NCBI GenBank assembly: GCA_965198065.1
Contig: CBDAON010000004.1
Coordinates: 896,001 to 960,000, forward strand
From: Longimicrobiales bacterium
GTDB lineage: Bacteria > Gemmatimonadota > Gemmatimonadetes > Longimicrobiales > Gaopeijiaceae
Reading direction: 5' to 3'
Length of the DNA stretch: 64,000 nucleotides
Part shown: in pieces, positions 1-9,964 of the stretch
Layout of the letters: each line of letters starts with the position of its first letter
How positions within the stretch are numbered: the first letter of the stretch is position 1
Notes under the pieces: generated by a model
Database searches by the model: none
Told to the model about the DNA's origin: nothing
Seen by the model: only the letters and a program-made list of their open reading frames with translations
Made by a program: the position numbers and the translations under genes

Positions 1-1839
1 AATCCGAGCCACCTCGAATTCGTCAATCCCGTCGCCGTCGGCCGCCTGCGAGCCCGGCAGGACCGGAAAGGTGACACTGAGCGAAGGCATGGCCTGTGCA
101 TTCTGCTCCACGGCGACGCCGCCTTCGCAGGAGAAGGCGTCGTGCAGGAAACACTCAACATGAGCCAGTTGTCGGGCTACTCTGTCGGCGGCACGGTTCA
201 CATAATCATCAACAACCAAATCGGATTCACGACGACCCAGTGGCAAGCGCGCTCAGCAATCTACGCCAGTGGCATAGCGAAGATGCTGCAGGTGCCCATC
301 CTGCACGTGAACGGAGAAGACCCTGAAGCAACGGCCCAGGTTGTCCGACTTGCGCTCGACTTTCGAAACGAGTATCAGCGCGATGTCGTGATCGATATGT
401 ACGGCTACCGGAGGCGCGGCCATAACGAGCTTGACGATCCCCGCTTCACGCAGCCGCTGCTGTATCAGGCCATCGAGCGGCGCAAACCGGTTCGAGAAGC
501 CTACCTGCACCACCTCCTGCGCCAAGGCGGAATTGCCGAGGAGCAAGCCGAGCGGATCACGATCGAGCGGCGCGAACACCTTGAGAAGGAATTGGCTTCG
601 GCGAGAAGCAAGGACTACATCTACGTCGGCGATCAGGTGACGGGCGATTGGTCAGGCTATAACCTCGGCGCGGACACACAAGTTCCCGAAGTCGATACCG
701 GCGTGCCCGCGGATCGCCTCAGGGCAATCTTGCAGAAGTTAGGCAAGACGCCGGAGGAGATCGTTCCCAATCGACGTATCGTCCGCTTGCTCGGGCAGCG
801 CACCGAAATGGCCGACGGCAAGCGACCGGTCAACTGGGCGGGTGCTGAGGCGCTGGCGCTCGGAAGCCTGCTGCTCGAAGGGTTTCGCGTGCGTGTGACG
901 GGCCAGGACTGCGAGCGCGGCACGTTCGCCCACAGGCACGCTGTAGTGCGCGATGCCGAAACGGGATTCCCGTACGTTTCGCTCCAGCACCTCTCCCCAC
1001 GCCAGGGTACGTTCGAGATTCACAATAGCCCGCTCTCGGAAGCCGGCCCGCTGGGCTTCGAATACGGATACAGCCTAGAATTCCCGGACGGCCTGATCAT
1101 TTGGGAGGCGCAGTTCGGGGACTTCGTCAATGCCGCCCAGGTGATCATCGACCAATTCATTTCCAGCGGTGAGAACAAGTGGACCTTGTGGAGCGGATTG
1201 GTAATGCTGCTACCCCATGGATTCGAGGGCCAGGGCCCGGAGCATTCGAGCGCTAGGCTTGAACGGTTCCTGCAACTGGCGGCCGAGGACAACATCCAAA
1301 TCGTCAATCCAACCACACCGGCGCAATACTTCCACCTCTTACGCCGCCAGATGGTTCGTCCGTGGCGCAAGCCGCTGATTGTGATGTCACCAAAGAGTCT
1401 GTTGCGTCATCGTCAGGTTTTGTCCGGCCTAGACGAGCTGTCGGAAGGGCGCTTTCAAAGGATTCTGGGCGATCCGCAGGTCGAGCCGAGCGGGGTTAGG
1501 CGCGTGTTGGCCTGTAGCGGCAAGCTCTACTACGACCTAAGGGCAGCTCGAGACGAGGCCGAGCGACAGGACTTGGCCATCATCCGCTTCGAGCAACTCT
1601 ATCCCCTCAGCCTCGAAACGATCAATGATGCCTTGGCGCCGTTCGGCGACGCGGAAGTCTGGTGGGCGCAGGAGGAGCCGAGGAACATGGGCGCTTGGAC
1701 GCACCTCCAAATGCGGTTTCCCGGATCGTTCTCACGCGTCGTCTGCCGCCCAGAGTCGGCCAGTCCGGCGACAGGATCGCCGGGAAGTCACAAACGCGAG
1801 CAGCGCCGGTTGGTCGAAGAAGCGGTCTTGATCGACTAA
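1..1839 (+). CDS. sucA: 2-oxoglutarate dehydrogenase E1, 5'-partial
   Basis: Open frame from base 1 (NPSHLE...). TPP motif HGDAAFAGEG...INNQIGFTT, plus WEAQFGDF and LLPHGFEGQGPEHSSARLERFLQ. Confidence 0.95.
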   Translation, partial: NPSHLEFVNPVAVGRLRARQDRKGDTERRHGLCILLHGDAAFAGEGVVQETLNMSQLSGYSVGGTVHIIINNQIGFTTTQWQARSAIYASGIAKMLQVPILHVNGEDPEATAQVVRLALDFRNEYQRDVVIDMYGYRRRGHNELDDPRFTQPLLYQAIERRKPVREAYLHHLLRQGGIAEEQAERITIERREHLEKELASARSKDYIYVGDQVTGDWSGYNLGADTQVPEVDTGVPADRLRAILQKLGKTPEEIVPNRRIVRLLGQRTEMADGKRPVNWAGAEALALGSLLLEGFRVRVTGQDCERGTFAHRHAVVRDAETGFPYVSLQHLSPRQGTFEIHNSPLSEAGPLGFEYGYSLEFPDGLIIWEAQFGDFVNAAQVIIDQFISSGENKWTLWSGLVMLLPHGFEGQGPEHSSARLERFLQLAAEDNIQIVNPTTPAQYFHLLRRQMVRPWRKPLIVMSPKSLLRHRQVLSGLDELSEGRFQRILGDPQVEPSGVRRVLACSGKLYYDLRAARDEAERQDLAIIRFEQLYPLSLETINDALAPFGDAEVWWAQEEPRNMGAWTHLQMRFPGSFSRVVCRPESASPATGSPGSHKREQRRLVEEAVLID

Positions 1840-2092
1840 CGGAAGGTCCCCCCTCCGTATTCCCGATCACCTATTCCACGATGTCGATCACTGATTCCAC
1901 AGCGGAGGGCTGTCGTCTACGCACCGGCCAGAGGAGGCGACTTCGGGACCGCCGAGAAGCTCGGCGTCGGGCAATGCCGGCAACGGTACGGCGTGAAGGA
2001 TCGTGGCTCAGCCGCCCGAGTCCCGTCCTCGAGGCCGCTCCTGTCGCGCGAGCCGACAGCGTTCGCATCCCCAGAAAATTACCTCCGGGTCC

Positions 2093-2394
2093 TGACGTGA
2101 CACCCTTAGTTGATCCGTTTATTCCCTGACTCCTCAGAGTAAGGAGGAGTCATGAGGAGGAGTAGGTTCACGGAAGAGCAGATCATCGGGATCCTACGGG
2201 AGGCGGAGGCGGGCGGAGCGACGAAAGAGGTATGCCGACGCCATGGGATCAGCCACGACACGTTCTATCGGTGGAAGAAGAAGTACGGGGGCCTTGAGGT
2301 CAGTGACGCGAGGCGGTTGAAGGCACTTGAGGACGAGAACCGACGGCTCAAGCGCATCGTGGCCGACCAGGCGCTGAACCTTCAGGTGCTGAAG
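2093..2394 (+). mobile_element. IS3-family left end and orfA (2152-2394), truncated by a second IS
   Basis: MRRSRFTEEQIIGILREAEAG...CRRHGIS...FYRWKKKYGGL is a typical OrfA. It ends exactly where the next IS begins. The TG start at 2093 is tentative. Confidence 0.85.
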
Positions 2395-3659
2395 TGATCT
2401 ACCCCCCTAAAACGAGACCGAGTCCAGTTTTAGAATCTGGACGGGGTCAAGACACGAAAGGGGAGGGCACAATGGCCGCACCAAAGAGGCTGAGTCCGGC
2501 ACAGATCATCAACCGGCTACGCAAGGCAGAGGTGGCCCTGGCGAACGGCAATACGACCAAAGAGGTGTGGCGAGACCTGGGGGTGAGCGAGCAAACGTAC
2601 TACCGATGGCGGCGGGAGTACGGGGGAATGAAGCTGAGCCAGGCGAAGCGTCTCAAGGAGCTCGAGAAGCAAAACCAACGCCTGAAGCAGGCGGTGGCGG
2701 ATCTGACGGTCGACAACCTGATTTTGAAGGAAGCCTCCAAGGGAAACTACTGAGCCCCGAGCGGCGCAGACGCTGCGTGGTGCAAGTACGCCAGCGGCTT
2801 GGGGTGAGTGAGCGCAAGGCGTGCCGGGTGTTGGGCCAGGCACGCTCGACGCAGCGTCGGATACCGAAGCGAAGCGAAGATGAGGAGGTGCTGAGAGAGG
2901 ACGTGGTGAAGGTGGCTCGACGGTTTGGACGCTACGGGTACCGGATGGTGACGGGGATGCTGAGGACGGAGGGCTGGGCCGTGAACCACAAGTGGGTGGA
3001 GCGGATCTGGAGACAGGAGGGGCTCAAGGTGCCAAGTAAGCAGCCGAAACGAGGGAAGGCTGTGGCTGACCGACGGTTCTTGTATCCGACTGCGGCCCTG
3101 TACCGACACCATGTATGGGCGTATGACTTCGTGGCGGACCGGACGCATGATGGACGGCCGCTCAAGATGCTGACGGTGCTGGATGAGTACAGCCGGGAGT
3201 GCCTGGCGATCGTGGTGACTCGCAGGCTTCAGGCGGACGATGTTCTGCAGACGCTGAGCGAGCTGTTTGCCGAGCACGGTCCACCGGCGAATCTTCGCTC
3301 CGACAACGGTCCGGAGTTCACGGCCCGAGTGGTTCGGCAGTGGCTCGGTGAGCTAGGCGTGAAGACGCTGTTCATCGAGCCGGGCAGCCCGTGGGAGAAC
3401 GGCTACAATGAGAGCTTTAACGGCACGCTCCGAAACGAGCTGCTGAAGCGCGAAAGGCGAAGGTGCTGATCGAGCAGTGGCGGCGCGAATACAACACGCA
3501 TCGACCGCACAGCTCTCTGGGTTATCGACCCCCGGCCCCCGAAGCGATCCGGCCAGACCCAAAGCTGCTCAACCTACCTCTGCTTCTTGGACCACCCCCC
3601 AGCCAAAAGGAGGTGCTTGGACTAACACTCTAGGTGGTACCGCTTTTGGGGGCAGGTCA
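2395..3659 (+). mobile_element. IS3-family element, full length (~1265 bp), orfB frameshifted
   Basis: Imperfect terminal IRs TGATCTACCCCCCTAAAAC / GCTTTTGGGGGCAGGTCA. orfA 2471-2753, GGGAAAC slippery site 2741-2747, DDE core (WAYDF, RSDNGPEF, PWENGYNESFN). 19-bp deletion near 3445 relative to the copy at 16290. Confidence 0.93.
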
Positions 3660-3756
3660 GCGCAACCGCCGGTCCGGCCTCGCCGAGATAATGCTCGACC
3701 GCCTCATCGATATCACGCCGCGCCCGCTCTCGGAGGACAACTGGTTTGCCGCTCAC
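3660..3756 (-). pseudogene. ParE/RelE-family toxin, N-terminus only
   Basis: VSGKPVVLRERARRDIDEAVEHYLGEAG. GTGA overlap with the antitoxin stop codon; cut off by the IS right end. Confidence 0.8.
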
Positions 3757-3992
3757 CGGCGGCCGGCTTCGCGGACCCGACCGCGTAGCCGGTCGAAGTA
3801 GTCCGCATCGGCCGTGACCGCCTGTGGCGACTCCGCGCCTTCGAGAAGGAGACCGCGCAAGCGCTGGCGGTCCTGATCCTTGCGGATTAGTTCGCGGACA
3901 TATTCGCTGGAGGTGCTGTACCCACGTGCGCCGACCTGATCGTCCACGAAGGACTTGAGCGCTTCGGGCAGCGATATGTTCATCGTGATCAT
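3753..3992 (-). CDS. ParD-family ribbon-helix-helix antitoxin
   Basis: MNISLPEALKSFVDDQV..RGYSTSSEYVRELIR..LRGLLLEG pattern, coupled to the ParE-like gene. Confidence 0.88.
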   Translation of the reverse strand: MITMNISLPEALKSFVDDQVGARGYSTSSEYVRELIRKDQDRQRLRGLLLEGAESPQAVTADADYFDRLRGRVREAGRR

Positions 3993-4168
3993 GGTACGAC
4001 GCTAGCGATCTTGGCAAAGTTTGGCAAGAATCGCTCTGCTAGTCAGGCCGTCAGGCTGCGAGGCACGGTGGTTGGCACCCGGTCGGTCTTCCGTGGGGTG
4101 CAAGGAGTGCCTAGCTGGCTTCGACGATCGCTCGCCACCTATCTATGGGCGTCCTCGGCCGCCCCATA

Positions 4169-4200
4169 GATTCCCGTTCAGGAAGAGGGATGTAATGAGG
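4169..4200 (+). repeat. Dispersed 32-bp motif, copy 1 (putative integrative-element end)
   Basis: GATTCCCGTTCAGGAAGAGGGATGTAATGAGG. 29/32 identical to revcomp of 11189-11220 and 23/32 to revcomp of 16980-17011. Followed by an AT-rich tract with IHF-like TAACAATAACTTA (4237-4249). Confidence 0.7.
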
Positions 4201-5279
4201 TAAACAGGTGGGGCTGGTCGGTAATAAGGCATTATGTAACAATAACTTACAATATATCTAGCGCGTCTTACGCCTCCGCGGCCCGGCCGGCCGTGGCCAG
4301 ACGGGCCGCTCCCGATCCAATGATCCCTGGTGGGAAGGGCCATCGGGCCGGCGCTCGGCGTCTAGGTCTTCGCCGCTGGCTCGACGATGAGTCGCCCGCC
4401 CGCGCGTTTGAGCACATAGCCGCCACGACGAATCGCGAGCTCGCCTTTCTCAACAAGGGGCCAAAGACTCTCGGCGATCAACTCGGCGTTCCGGTCGCTC
4501 GCTTGTACGGCCTCTACGGTTGCTTGTCGGGTGAGCCACTCGGCTAACGCCCGCTCGCCGATATCTTCACCGACGGACCTACGCAGTGCGTTCAGCTTGC
4601 GGAGTTGGCCCTTCGTCAGAGCGCGCTCGTCAATACTCCTCGATTATGCTGGCATAGCTTGCCTTTCCGTGGGACTGTCTACTGAGCCCGTCGTCTGATT
4701 ATGGGAGATTCGGGCGAGCCTGTCTCGATGGGCCAGTGAACGGCCCTCCCGCAGGGATCATTTTACCGGGAACGAGCTCTGGAGCGGCACCGCCGCTTCG
4801 GCGGCCGCGCCGCAACTGCAAAACGGCCAGCCACATGAGGACGCGCCGGCGGGCATATGGAAATGGCGTCTTAGTGCACATGCACCCCTTTGTGTGATGT
4901 GCCCTCGCCGGTCGCAAGTGAATCGGCGCAGCTATCGGTGAAAGCGTGTGACGCGTGGCAACAGATCCACTCCTCGAGTCACGATCGCCCGCGATTCTCA
5001 CTACCAACTCGCCAACCGGCTGGCCTGGACGTGGAGGCTGGTCACTCTCGGGATACCCGTGGTATTGCTCTACCTCGGTTTCACCGGGGACGAAGGCATC
5101 CGCGACGTCGGGGAGCCTTTTCCAGACGACGCCAGCTGGCAGCGCGCGTTCGCCGAGTACTCAAATCCGTCCATACCAATGGAGCTCGTTGGTAATAGAC
5201 TTAGGCTTGACCAACCACCTGCTTGGATCGTATCCCGAAGCAGGCCTGTCTTATCGATTTCGCCGTCATCCGGTTCGAA

Positions 5280-5518
5280 ATGATTCCGCTAAATGCTCCT
5301 GAGTTGAGACGTATCGCCCGTTGCATGGGCAGGCGCGATCCGAAGTCTACTGTCCCTATGCTTGCCGGACTCCTTACTGTGCCCGCTCTCCAGGCTAATA
5401 CAATTCGATTGGAGACCCTCGTACACTTGGCTGCTGCACATTGCAGAGGCCGCTCACGCCCCAACCGAAATGTCATCGACAAATGGCTCAACAAGCGTCT
5501 CGGAAGCACCCGCGTTCC
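5280..5518 (+). pseudogene. N-terminus of an uncharacterised protein, truncated by IS
   Basis: MIPLNAPELRRIAR...LLTVPALQANTIRLETLVHLAAAHC reads like natural protein and runs into the IS left end at 5519. Confidence 0.5.
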
Positions 5519-6285
5519 TGATCTACCCCCCTAAAACGAGACCGAGTCCAGTTTTAGAATCTGGACGGGGTCAAGACACGAAAGGGGAGGGCACAATGGC
5601 CGCACCAAAGAGGCTGAGTCCGGCACAGATCATCAACCGGCTACGCAAGGCAGAGGTGGCCCTGGCGAACGGCAATACGACCAAAGAGGTGTGGCGAGAC
5701 CTGGGGGTGAGCGAGCAAACGTACTACCGATGGCGGCGGGAGTACGGGGGAATGAAGCTGAGCCAGGCGAAGCGTCTCAAGGAGCTCGAGGGAAGGAGAA
5801 CCAACAGCTGAAGCGGGTGGTGGCAGAGCTGACGCTGGACAAGCTGATCTTGAAGGAAGCCTCCGAGGGAAACTTCTAAGCCCCGAGCGGCGCAGACGCT
5901 GCGTGGTGCAAGTACGCCCAGCGGCTTGGGGTGAGTGAGCGCAGGGCGTGCCGGGTGTTGGGCCAGGCACGCTCGACGCAGCGTCGGATACCGAAGCGAA
6001 GCGAAGATGAGGAGGCGCTGAGAGAGGACGTGGTGAAGGTGGCTCGCAGGTTCGGGCGCTACGGGTACCGGATGGTGACCGGGATGCTGAGGACGGAGGG
6101 CTGGGCCGTGAACCACAAGCGGGTGGAGCGGATCTGGAGACAGGAGGGGCTCAAGGTGCCAAGTAAGCAGCCGAAACGAGGAAGGCTGTGGCTGACCGAC
6201 GGTTCTTGTATCCGACTGCGGCCCCTGTACCGACACCACGTCTGGTCGTACGACTTCGTGGCCTCGAGGACGCACGACGGGCGTT
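5519..6285 (+). mobile_element. IS3-family element, second copy: left end, orfA and 5' orfB
   Basis: Starts with the same TGATCTACCCCCCTAAAACG. Near-identical to 2395 onward with indels and diverged patches; stops after WSYDFVASRTHDGR. Confidence 0.92.
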
Positions 6286-6484
6286 CTTCCATCCGCTGCC
6301 GAAGCTCCGTCACCGAGGTGGTGAACCGAGTGAGCGATGCCCTAGCCGGGCGGACAGAGGGAGCGGGAGCGCCGCCAGCGCACGACGAAAGCGTCACGCA
6401 GGCGAGGACACAGCACACGAGGCGATGGGCGGCAGGGGCTGCCTGCCAAGGCCTAGCGAAGGCCATCAGAGCTGGCCAGATCAT
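6286..6484 (-). pseudogene. Putative lipoprotein N-terminus, truncated
   Basis: AGGAGG upstream of ATG; hydrophobic stretch ending LSSC (lipobox-like); the frame runs into the IS sequence. Confidence 0.4.
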
Positions 6485-6622
6485 ACCGTCTCCCTCCTGA
6501 GATGTGAATCAGGCAGTCCCGTAAGGGCTGCACAGAGGAGACGACCGCACGCCTCGTAGACGCACAGGTCTGGTGGCTGCGGCGGGCTAGAGCCTACTGC
6601 AACGTCGTGCGCGTCGGCTAGA

Positions 6623-9322
6623 TCAGCTGACCCGCTTCTCCTCGCGCGCCTCGCGCACCGCCTCCAGCACGCGCGCCGCCACATCGCGCTCTTCGCGGAG
6701 CGCAGTGATCAGAGCCTCGGCCTCCTTCGCTTGGAACGACAGCTGCCCCGCTTTCTCGAGCACCGCGTCCACCACCGCCTTCTGGCTGTGGACCGTCTCG
6801 AGACTGCCCTGGATGTCGTTGAGGAGCGTGTCCAGTCGCGCCATGCGCTCCTCGGCGTCGCCGATCTCCATCTTTTTCTTGTCGACTGCAAGCGCGAGCT
6901 CGTCTACACGAGCCGCTCGTTCGAGGACATCGTCGAGCACGGCCCGAGAACGCTGGATTTCCTGGCGCGCGTCTGTGATGCTCCTCACGTCGCTCACCGT
7001 GCCCTCCACCGCGGTGAATAACTGATCCAGCTCTCCACGCACTGCGTCCACTCCTTCCTGCCGTGTGGCCAGGTTCTGGAGCGTTTGCTCCAGACTCTGC
7101 TCGGCCGCCGAAAAGCCAGCAAGCTTCTCCTCGAACTGGGTGATGCGCTTTTCCGCGAAGCGCAGGTTGCCCACCCTGCCCTCGACCTGGTCAGCCAGCT
7201 CTGCCATGAGGGAGGCCTGTTCGCCCGCCGCAGCAGCCGCATGGGACACGCGCCGCTCCTGTTCCTCCAGATCCCGGATCCCTTTCGAGAGGTCCTTGTG
7301 CAGGGCGGTGGCACGCCCCAGATCGGCCATCGCGCTCTGTAGAGCCTTCTCGCGCGTCTCCAGCTCCTGACCTACGGCCTCGATCTTGACCCCGAGCGAC
7401 TCCACGTCGGCCGCACGGAGGCCGGCTGACCTAACCGTCGCATCGACCTCCCGGATCCGGGCCTCCGTGCCTTCCACGCGCTTCGCCAAGGCGTCAAAAC
7501 GCCCCTCCACCTGTCCAGCTTCTTCGGCGCGTTGGGCCACCTGCTTGAAACGACGGTCGGCATCATCGAGTCGGTCGTTCAGCCCGCGAGCGTGTTCCTC
7601 GAGTTCGGTGATGGCAGCCCGACGCGATTCCATCACGCTCATGCGCTCGTCCAGGCTATTCGACAGCATGCCGAGGTCGTCCAACCTCTCTTCCACGGAC
7701 GTCAGCAAGCGCTTGCGCTCTTCGATCAGGTCATTGCGCGCAGCGAGATCATCCAACGCCGTGCGCGTCTCGTCGATGCGCGCGACGTCAAGGTCCATGT
7801 CCGCGACCTGAGTCCTCAACTCATCGAGTTGGGTCTGCGTTTGGGTCAGCCAGGAGCGGGTGTCCGCTTGTGCGGCGTGACTCCGCTCCACCTCGGCGCG
7901 GGCTTCCTTGAGCTGTTCCAGCGTATCGTTGACCCCGTCGTGCGCCTTGCTCAGCTCGACGATGTCGGCTGCCATCCTGTCCAGGGACGGTTGCGAGTCC
8001 TCTAGGCTCTGAACCCGCTCTCGCACCCGCGCAGCGGACGCCTCGGCCCGCTCCAAAACGGAACGCATGGCGTGTGCGCGCTCCGCCTGCTCGTCCACCC
8101 GTCCAATGTCTGTCATGAGGGTGGCCAGCCGTGCGGTCAACTCATCCGCCCGCGCCGTGGCCCCAGCCATATCGCGAGTGGCCTTCTCCATGTCTGAGCG
8201 CCGGCCCTCGAACTCTCCGAGTGTGCTCCTCAGGCTGAGGACCTGTGTGTTCACCGTATCCAGGCCACTACGCTCCATCTCGAAGCGTTGGAGCCCGGCG
8301 TCGATTTCGTCACGAATTTCGCCCAGCCGCTTCTCCAGACCCCTGCCCTCCCGGGCCACGTTCTCTTCGCGCGTCCTCAGGGTGCCTAGCTGCTCCTCCA
8401 CCCGTTGCACCAGCTCCTGTACTCCGAGAATTCGCTTCTGCGTCTTCTGGATCACCTTGGAATCCTCGGTGACCTTCTTGAGCTTCTTGTCCACGTCCCA
8501 CACGAGATCGTCCAGGCGGGCGGCTTGGGCCGCCGCCCGGTCAACGACTTCGCGCTGCTCCTCGAGAGACCCGGTCTTGCGGCTGACGTGCTCGGCAAGC
8601 GCATTAAGGTTCTGAAGCTGCTGCTCCACCCGGGACGCCACCTCCCCTACCTTGGTAACCTTGGAGGTTGCAGCCTCCATCCGGGCCAGCCGCGCGGAAG
8701 CCTCCTCCACCTCGCGTCCCAGACGCTGCGATAGCGAGCGTAGCTCCTCGAGCTCGCCCTGCTCCACCGCCTGCCCCTTCCGCAGCGTCTCCTGGGCCTC
8801 CTCTACCTCGTGGAGACCTTCCCGCACGTCCTTGAGCCGCTCGCCCACCTCTTCCGACTTCTGCTTGAGCTGGTCCACCGTGCCCGCCGGCCCGGCCAAC
8901 CCCTCCACGTCGGCGCGCACCTTGCGCGCCTCCTTGAGGGCAGCCTTGATCCCGGTAATCTCCCCTTCGAAAGACCCCATCTCTTCGCGTATCTGAGCGA
9001 GTCCCTCCCCAGCCTCGCCCTGGCCTTGCTCCAGCTCAGCCGCGCAGTCACGAGCTCGGGCAACCTCGTCAGAAAGCTCGGAGACGCTGTCAGCGCGGCT
9101 CTCAGCCGATGCTAGCACCTCGCCGAACTCCTCTTGGCGCCTCGCCACATCGACGAGCTGCTTGTCCACCTTGCTCATGGACTTGGCGGCGCCGCGCACC
9201 CGCTTGAGGACAACCTCGAGCTCCGCCTTCTCCTCTTTTACTTCACCCAGCAGTTCCTGGAGTGCAAGCGGAAGCTCGGCGGCAGATGAGCGGAACGATT
9301 TCCGGATACCGAACAGGGCCAT
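6623..9322 (-). CDS. 899-aa coiled-coil protein of unknown function
   Basis: E/L/A/R/Q-rich heptad pattern over the whole length, very few Pro. No Walker A, TM helix or signal peptide seen. Confidence 0.85.
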   Translation of the reverse strand: MALFGIRKSFRSSAAELPLALQELLGEVKEEKAELEVVLKRVRGAAKSMSKVDKQLVDVARRQEEFGEVLASAESRADSVSELSDEVARARDCAAELEQGQGEAGEGLAQIREEMGSFEGEITGIKAALKEARKVRADVEGLAGPAGTVDQLKQKSEEVGERLKDVREGLHEVEEAQETLRKGQAVEQGELEELRSLSQRLGREVEEASARLARMEAATSKVTKVGEVASRVEQQLQNLNALAEHVSRKTGSLEEQREVVDRAAAQAARLDDLVWDVDKKLKKVTEDSKVIQKTQKRILGVQELVQRVEEQLGTLRTREENVAREGRGLEKRLGEIRDEIDAGLQRFEMERSGLDTVNTQVLSLRSTLGEFEGRRSDMEKATRDMAGATARADELTARLATLMTDIGRVDEQAERAHAMRSVLERAEASAARVRERVQSLEDSQPSLDRMAADIVELSKAHDGVNDTLEQLKEARAEVERSHAAQADTRSWLTQTQTQLDELRTQVADMDLDVARIDETRTALDDLAARNDLIEERKRLLTSVEERLDDLGMLSNSLDERMSVMESRRAAITELEEHARGLNDRLDDADRRFKQVAQRAEEAGQVEGRFDALAKRVEGTEARIREVDATVRSAGLRAADVESLGVKIEAVGQELETREKALQSAMADLGRATALHKDLSKGIRDLEEQERRVSHAAAAAGEQASLMAELADQVEGRVGNLRFAEKRITQFEEKLAGFSAAEQSLEQTLQNLATRQEGVDAVRGELDQLFTAVEGTVSDVRSITDARQEIQRSRAVLDDVLERAARVDELALAVDKKKMEIGDAEERMARLDTLLNDIQGSLETVHSQKAVVDAVLEKAGQLSFQAKEAEALITALREERDVAARVLEAVREAREEKRVS

Positions 9323-9466
9323 GTGAGACCATCCTGCTGGGGGAACGGGACGTTGAGGGGACGTTCAAACTCGGCCGCTGAGGCCGCTGCGTCAACGAAA
9401 ACGTGTTTTTCGGGGGGCGTGCCGGAGCACTCCGGTCGCGTTGTGGCTAGAATCAGCGCCAACGGC

Positions 9467-9919
9467 ACCAGGACCACCGGCGGATCACCGTCACCGACGA
9501 GCGCGGCCGGCCCGTCAGGGACAACGAAGGCAAGCGCGTCTACCGCCACGAGCGCCTGCCCACGCCCGTCGTCCGGCAGTACACCGTGTTCAACGCCGAG
9601 CAAGCCGACGGGCTGCCGGATCGGCCCGCACCCACGGCCGAGCCGCTCTGGAAGGTCCACCAGCAGGCCGAGAGGGGTGCTAGACAGCGGGGTCCCCGTC
9701 CGCCACGTGGCCGGCGACCGGGCGTTCTACAACCTGAACCGCGACGAGATCGTGCTGCCCGAGCGGGTGCAGTTCCCCTCGGCCAACCACTACTACCAGA
9801 CTGTGCTCCACGAGCTGGGGCACAGCACCGGCCATCCCGAGCGGATGAACCGCCCAACGCTCACCCAAGGGATCGCCGACGGGTTCGGCTCGCCGGCCTA
9901 TGCGAAGGAGGAGCTGCGT
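9467..9919 (+). pseudogene. ArdC-family antirestriction protein fragment, frameshifted
   Basis: YTVFNAEQADGLP in one frame, then DRAFYNLNRDEIVLPE..F...YYQTVLHELGHSTGHPERMNR...FGSPAYAKEEL in another. Confidence 0.85.
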
Positions 9920-9964
9920 GGCTTCTTCGACGTTGAGCGCCACCCTGGTCCATCCTTCTGCGTA

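Noticed and set aside
4215..4242. dif-like site (TTATGTAACAA resembles a XerD arm)
   Set aside because: The left arm and spacer fit XerC consensus poorly, and the tract is better explained as the AT-rich/IHF part of the repeated element-end motif.
4293..5200. Short ORFs in lower-GC DNA
   Set aside because: Probably decayed gene fragments; no family could be recognised.
6623..9322. SMC/SbcC call for the long coiled-coil protein
   Set aside because: No Walker A/B, signature motif or hinge.
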